A DNA stretch of 64,000 nt from the human T2T-CHM13v2.0 reference genome, Homo sapiens, in NCBI RefSeq assembly GCF_009914755.1, contig NC_060936.1; one strand, given 5' to 3'. The notes under the pieces were generated by a model. The model was not told where the DNA came from and made no database searches. It saw only the letters and a program-made list of their open reading frames with translations. This document shows, piece by piece, positions 59,250-64,000 of this stretch. A program made the translations under genes and the position numbers. How positions within the stretch are numbered: position 1 is the first letter of the stretch; each line of letters begins with the position of its first letter.

Positions 59250-59465
59250 AACACAAATTCTTAGGACCTACTAAGTGCCAGGTAGTACATCTTCTCATTA
59301 ACTCTCTGAGTAGGAGATTAGCAACATCTAAAATAAGAAACAGAGGTTCTTATCTACAGAGATAAGAAAACGGAGATTCAAGGAGCCTAGGTGGCATAGC
59401 CAAAGATTGGTATGTTGTAAGAGTCAGAGCCAGGATTTGAAACTAGGATGTTTGATCCTTAGTCC
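59250..59465 (-). mobile_element. MIR
   Basis: 'tacagagataagaaaacggagattcaaggag...gagccaggatttgaaactagg'. Confidence 0.7.
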
Positions 59466-60569
59466 TAATGTTGTTGTTGTTGTATTTGTTGATTTTTAAC
59501 TGTATTCTCATGTTTCATGAGTCCAAGATGACAGACATTTTCTAGACACAAATACAGCATAGTGGCAATTAGGAAAGGAGCCTCAAGATCACTGAATCTC
59601 TTCTGCCTCACCTTGGCTGCCTCTGACCTTTCTGACTTTGTGAGGGTTGGGAGGGCACAGGATAGAATGAACAAAGAACTGGCCTTATTTGGACACACCT
59701 GGGTTTACATCCTAGCCCCACCACTCCACCATTCACTCAATAAATATCTATGGAGTACCAACCATACTCTAGGCCCCAGAGACACAGTGATACAGAACCG
59801 AGAAAATATTCTTCATTGTATTTCTCTTTCTTTCTGATCCCCAGTTCTGTCAACTCTAAAATTGAGGTGGGTATACCACTGAATATTTTTGGAAGGTGAA
59901 TATTAAAAGTTATCTAACATGTTATGAAAAGAAAGATAGCTGGTAATTGAGGGCAAAATAGTAATACTGATGGCCCAGTGCAAGGCAGCTTTTGCAAGCT
60001 GAAGACAACTGATTGGTCCAATATTCTTAGAACCCTCTTTTGAGCTGGCTGTCTTTAGATATAACGAAATCTGTGTACCATCACATATTTTACTTAGCCA
60101 AGTCCTGAATTCTGTTTGTGACATTAAAGGAATGATTTATCTCTTCATCCACTCCAAGCTACGGAGGTGACAGTTCATAATTGTGGAGTTGGGTGTCCAG
60201 TGTTGCCACAAAAACAATGGAAAAACTGATATGTTTCCCAGACAAAGGTTGGTGTCTAGATATTTGAGATGATGTCTTTTGAGGAATATATTTAAAAGAC
60301 TGAATGGTAACATGTTTTTCGTGAGCAATATTTTATGTTATAGTGATGCTAATATAATATTTACTTAGAACTTTGGGTATCTCAGAGCATATTGTTCCTT
60401 AAGGAACTTTGTGTTCCTTTTTCTAATACAATAATTGAGAAAACTGGCTTAGGAAACTAAGAAATCACTGAATGTTAGAGCATGAGCATAACTTAAAGAT
60501 TTTCTAATTCAACCTCCTCATTTTACAGACTGGAACGCAAGTGAGATTATGTATCTTATTCAAAGTAAT

Positions 60570-61150
60570 TCTTTAATTAATTCAACACATATTTATTGTG
60601 TGTCTTTCATGTGCTCGGTACTATTGTTCTACATGTTGGGATTACAGCAGTGAGCAAAACAAACACAGTCACTGCTTTCATGGACTTTTATTCTAGTGGG
60701 AAGGGGGATATTTAATAAAAATTAAACAAATATATACAAGGTCAGGTAATGCTAAATGTTAAAGAAAACGTAATCAAGCAAGGTGAGGGCTAAAGGGTGA
60801 TGAAAGGGAGTCCTCTCTTAGAAAGAATGTTCAGTGAAGGCAACATTTGAGCACAGTCCCAAATGAGGTAAGGGAGTGAACTGCACGGATATCTGGGGAA
60901 AGAATATTGCAGGCAGACAGAACAGCAAGTGCAAAGCCCTGAGGTGGACTCCCACTTAAAGGCCAAGGTGGCCAGAATGCAAAAGTGAAGGGCAAGAGGG
61001 GCAGGGAATGTGATCTGAGAGCAGGGAGTGGAGGAGGCACATCCCACAGGGCCTGGTGGGTGTGGTAAGGGCTCTGAGCTTTTAGGCCCTGGAGGGTTTT
61101 GAGTTGAGAACAGACATGATCTGATTTATGTTTTAGAAGGATGACACACA
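60570..61150 (-). mobile_element. L2a 3' region
   Basis: 'attcaacacatatttattg', 'aacagcaagtgcaaagccctgagg' and 'acatgatctgatttatgttttagaagg'. Confidence 0.85.
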
Positions 61151-61889
61151 AGCCAAGATCAGACTAGAGTCCAGGTCTCTTTAAGGTAGAGCCCATAAGC
61201 CTTCTTCCCACTGTCACATGAAATACTGTATACTGGCAGCCAAAACTAAAGAGCAGATCTGGGAAATTTTTAGAAAATCTATATATTCATAATATTACCA
61301 AGATTGATGCTTTCAATCAGAGTTTAGTAAACACAAAGTAATAAAAATTATGCTCACACCTTCTTTCATCTCTCTGAAGGAGAAATGACAACATTTTGAT
61401 ACTTTAACATCCTTAACATATTTTAACGCATCTTCACCAACTTCCATGACTAAAATAAACTAGGGAAAAGAAAACTGTGCTTCTTGCTGAGAAATCACAC
61501 ACCTCTGGCTTAGGATTTAAGTGAGTGGAGAAAGAAGCTGCCCTCTGAGATCATTTTGTCTGTTCTTGGACTGTGACATGCCTTTTGCACATTACGGGTC
61601 AAGCTGTGTTTGTTTCTAGCCAAGGTTTATCAATTTATACTCTCGATTGTGAGATTTAAACAAACAGTATTTAAGTGATTTTGAAATGTGCAAAATTTAA
61701 AAGGATTCTATACATGTGAAGAAAGAAGTTTGATATTGTTCCTTAAAGTTGAGACTATTATTCTCTTTTCATTCCTTACTTGAGCAGTATTTTTCTTTCA
61801 TATAAGGCAGTAAAGTTCATCAAGTTAAGCTGAGTTCAGAATTTCATTATTGTAACTGAATTATTATGTTTCAGACATTCTCTGATGGT

Positions 61890-62110
61890 AATAATAATAG
61901 CTGCTGTGGATTGAGAATTACTTTAGGGCTAGATGCTTTGCATGCGCTACCTCAAATCTATCCACACTCCTGCAAGGTGCATGCAGTTATCCCCATTTTA
62001 CAGGAAACTGAGGCTCAGAGGGGTTAATTGATTAGTCCACATCTACTCAGTCAACAAGTAGCAGAACCAATATTTGGACCCTGTCTGGTGTCACAGCTGG
62101 TTAGCTTTTT
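61890..62110 (-). mobile_element. MIR
   Basis: 'ttatccccattttacaggaaactgaggctcagagggg'. Confidence 0.85.
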
Positions 62111-62224
62111 ATTCACACACATTATGGCTGTGATTCATGGAGAATTTCCACTAATAAGGATGATTAAATAGAGTTGAGATATCTGGTGTGCACTCACATT
62201 CTGCTACTTTTAAATACTTGTTTT

Positions 62225-62680
62225 AGAATTAAGGAATCATAGATTTCAGGATTGGGAGAGACTTTATAGGTCATTTAGCCTAAACTCCCTGTTGATTCCT
62301 GCAAAAGCCTTGTCAAGCAATTTTTTTCCAGCTATGCTTCTGCACCTCTAGTGATGTGGAAAGCCTAAGGCAACATTTCCATTATTAAGCCGTTTGAAAA
62401 TTACAAAGTTCCTCTTTACACTGAGTCAACATCAGCCTCCCTTTTAGCTTTTGAAGCCACATAGAACAGAGGCAGCCATATAACTGGAAGACAGTAATCA
62501 TACTCCCATTTCAACTTCCATAATAGAATTCCTTATTTACTTGATTTTTCCCTCATAGCATATAGTTTGAGGTCAGGTTTCCATCCTAGTTAATTTCTTC
62601 TGCACACTTTTGAGTTTGTCTCTATCTCTTTTAAAGAGAAGCATTCAGAACCTAAGACTGTTTCTGTTTTGTTTTTGATT
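62225..62680 (-). mobile_element. L3/CR1 3' fragment
   Basis: 'aatcatagatttcaggattgggagagactttataggtcatttag...cacctctagtgatgtgga...aagttcctctttacactgag'. Confidence 0.6.
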
Positions 62681-62715
62681 GGGGTCAGACCGTATGTCTG
62701 CCCCTGTCAGATCAT

Positions 62716-62752
62716 GTTACTACTGACTCATGGTGAGGTTACCACTGACTCA
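62716..62752. promoter_or_regulatory. Tandem AP-1 consensus pair (TGACTCA at 62724 and 62746)
   Basis: Direct repeat gttacYactgactca with a 22-bp period. Function untested. Confidence 0.4.
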
Positions 62753-63056
62753 AGCCCTGCTGTTTACCCACATTACTGCTAATAAAGCACGTTTCCTCAT
62801 CCTGGGCTCATACAGTTTTTATCCTGTTTGTCAGCATTTACCTTTATTAGTAAAGATACTTAAAAAGATTAAATCCCTTGCTCAAGATTTGCAAGTTATT
62901 TTGAATCCTAATGTCAAGGCAAACATCTCTACTTACAAGAAAATCACTTTGCTTCGTGAACACATTTTTATTTCTTTTGCATGATTTCATGTATCTTCAT
63001 TATGCAAGTGATGTTTTGTAGCATAGGTAGAAATTTGTGTATGTGTTATTTTAAAC

Positions 63057-63180
63057 ATTGGGTGCTGGGCTTAATACCTGGGTGACGAAAGAATCTGCAC
63101 AAAAAGTCCCCGTGACAAGAGTTTACTTATGTAACAAACCTTCACATGTACTTCTGAACCTGAAATAAAAATTAAAAAAA
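63057..63180 (+). mobile_element. 5'-truncated L1PA16/17 3' end
   Basis: 'ttgggtgctgggcttaatacctgggtgacg...cttctgaacctgaaataaaaattaaaaaaa', homologous to 41507-41630. Confidence 0.88.
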
Positions 63181-63640
63181 TGATATGTTAGCCTATCTTC
63201 ACAGTGGATAGGCTGAAGATACAGGCCTATAGACAACCTATGACTCCTGGCAGATTGGTTTGCAGCAGTTTGTTACCTTGATCTTGGCTTGCAGCAAAAT
63301 GTTGACTGTGAAGGAACCTGGGCTCTCAAAGGAGATGTCAAATTCTTATGAGCCAGGCCAATGTCCCATCCGACTGTGAATTTTTCCAATTTTTCAACTA
63401 TTTGGAACAAGGATGGAAATGGAGCTTTGTACAAAATGATGAAGTTCGTTTAGTACCTGAATAGTGACTTAATACCAAGACAGAAATCCTGAAAAGGGCA
63501 CACTGAGAATAAATACACAAATTACCTAAAACTGAGGCTTAACCATTGACAAAGGTAGCAATTTCTGAGGCTCCAGGATAGACAAATGTTACTGACCTTT
63601 GTTCCAACTGAATTTTTTCCCAAAATCTGAAATAGACTTT

Positions 63641-63953
63641 TCTTCTCCTTCTCCTTCTTCTTCTTCTTTTTAATTTGAGACAAGGTCTTGATCTATCAGC
63701 CAGGCTGGAGTATGATGGCATGATCATAGCTCACTGCAGCCTTGAACCCCTGGGCTCAAGAGATCCTCCCACCTCAGCCTCTGGATTAGCCGGGACTACA
63801 GGTGCAAGCCACCATGCCCGGCTATTTTTTTTGTAGAGACAAGTCTCACTAAGTTGCCCAGGCTGGTCTCAAATTCCTGGCCTCAAGCAATCCTCTTGCC
63901 TCAGCCTCCCAAAGTGCTGGGATTATAGGCATTTTGAGTCATCACACTGGGCC
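63641..63953 (-). mobile_element. AluJ with (CTT)n-derived tail
   Basis: 'atcatagctcactgcagccttgaacccctgggctcaag'. TSD tgWaatagacttt at 63628 and 63955. Confidence 0.92.
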
Positions 63954-64000
63954 CTGTAATAGACTTTCATAACACCTTTATTTCATACTCAGGAAAGGAA

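Noticed and set aside
60394-60407. 14-bp palindrome gttccttaaggaac
   Set aside because: Palindromes of this length are expected by chance in 64 kb, and the TTC-N6-GAA spacing does not fit STAT sites.
62681-62713. 13-nt match (gcccctgtcagat) to my recollection of the CPEB3 HDV-like ribozyme, preceded by gggg
   Set aside because: The sequence forms only a simple hairpin (ggggtcagac/gtctgcccc). There is no room for P2, P3 and L3 between the P1 strands, so the double pseudoknot cannot form.

Overview
Primate (most likely hominoid/human) non-coding genomic DNA. I found no credible host protein-coding exon, RNA gene or CpG island. Roughly two-thirds of the window is interspersed repeat. It contains a full-length but dead L1PA3/4 (15071-21236, perfect 16-bp TSD) inserted in a MIR. 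It also contains a ~17-kb nested composite: an old L1MC-type element (~30228-47590, - strand) carrying a near full-length L1PA16/17, four Alus, a THE1 provirus, an MSTB LTR and rearranged L1 fragments. Many further Alu, L2, MIR, L3, MER5 and LTR relics are present. The least explained signals are in the non-repeat sequence. (i) Two 46-bp copies of a 14-bp stem-loop at 56919 and 58624, whose three differences all keep base-pairing on the + strand. (ii) Two ~160-180-bp homologous, partly palindromic elements at 27356 and 47653 that were only ~2.6 kb apart before the transposon insertions. (iii) Further CpG-retaining hairpins at 56-58 kb. (iv) An L1 antisense ORF0 that stays open for 221 codons into the flanking DNA. 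Repeat subfamily names come from recalled consensus sequences and were not checked by RepeatMasker. Boundaries of old repeats are approximate.
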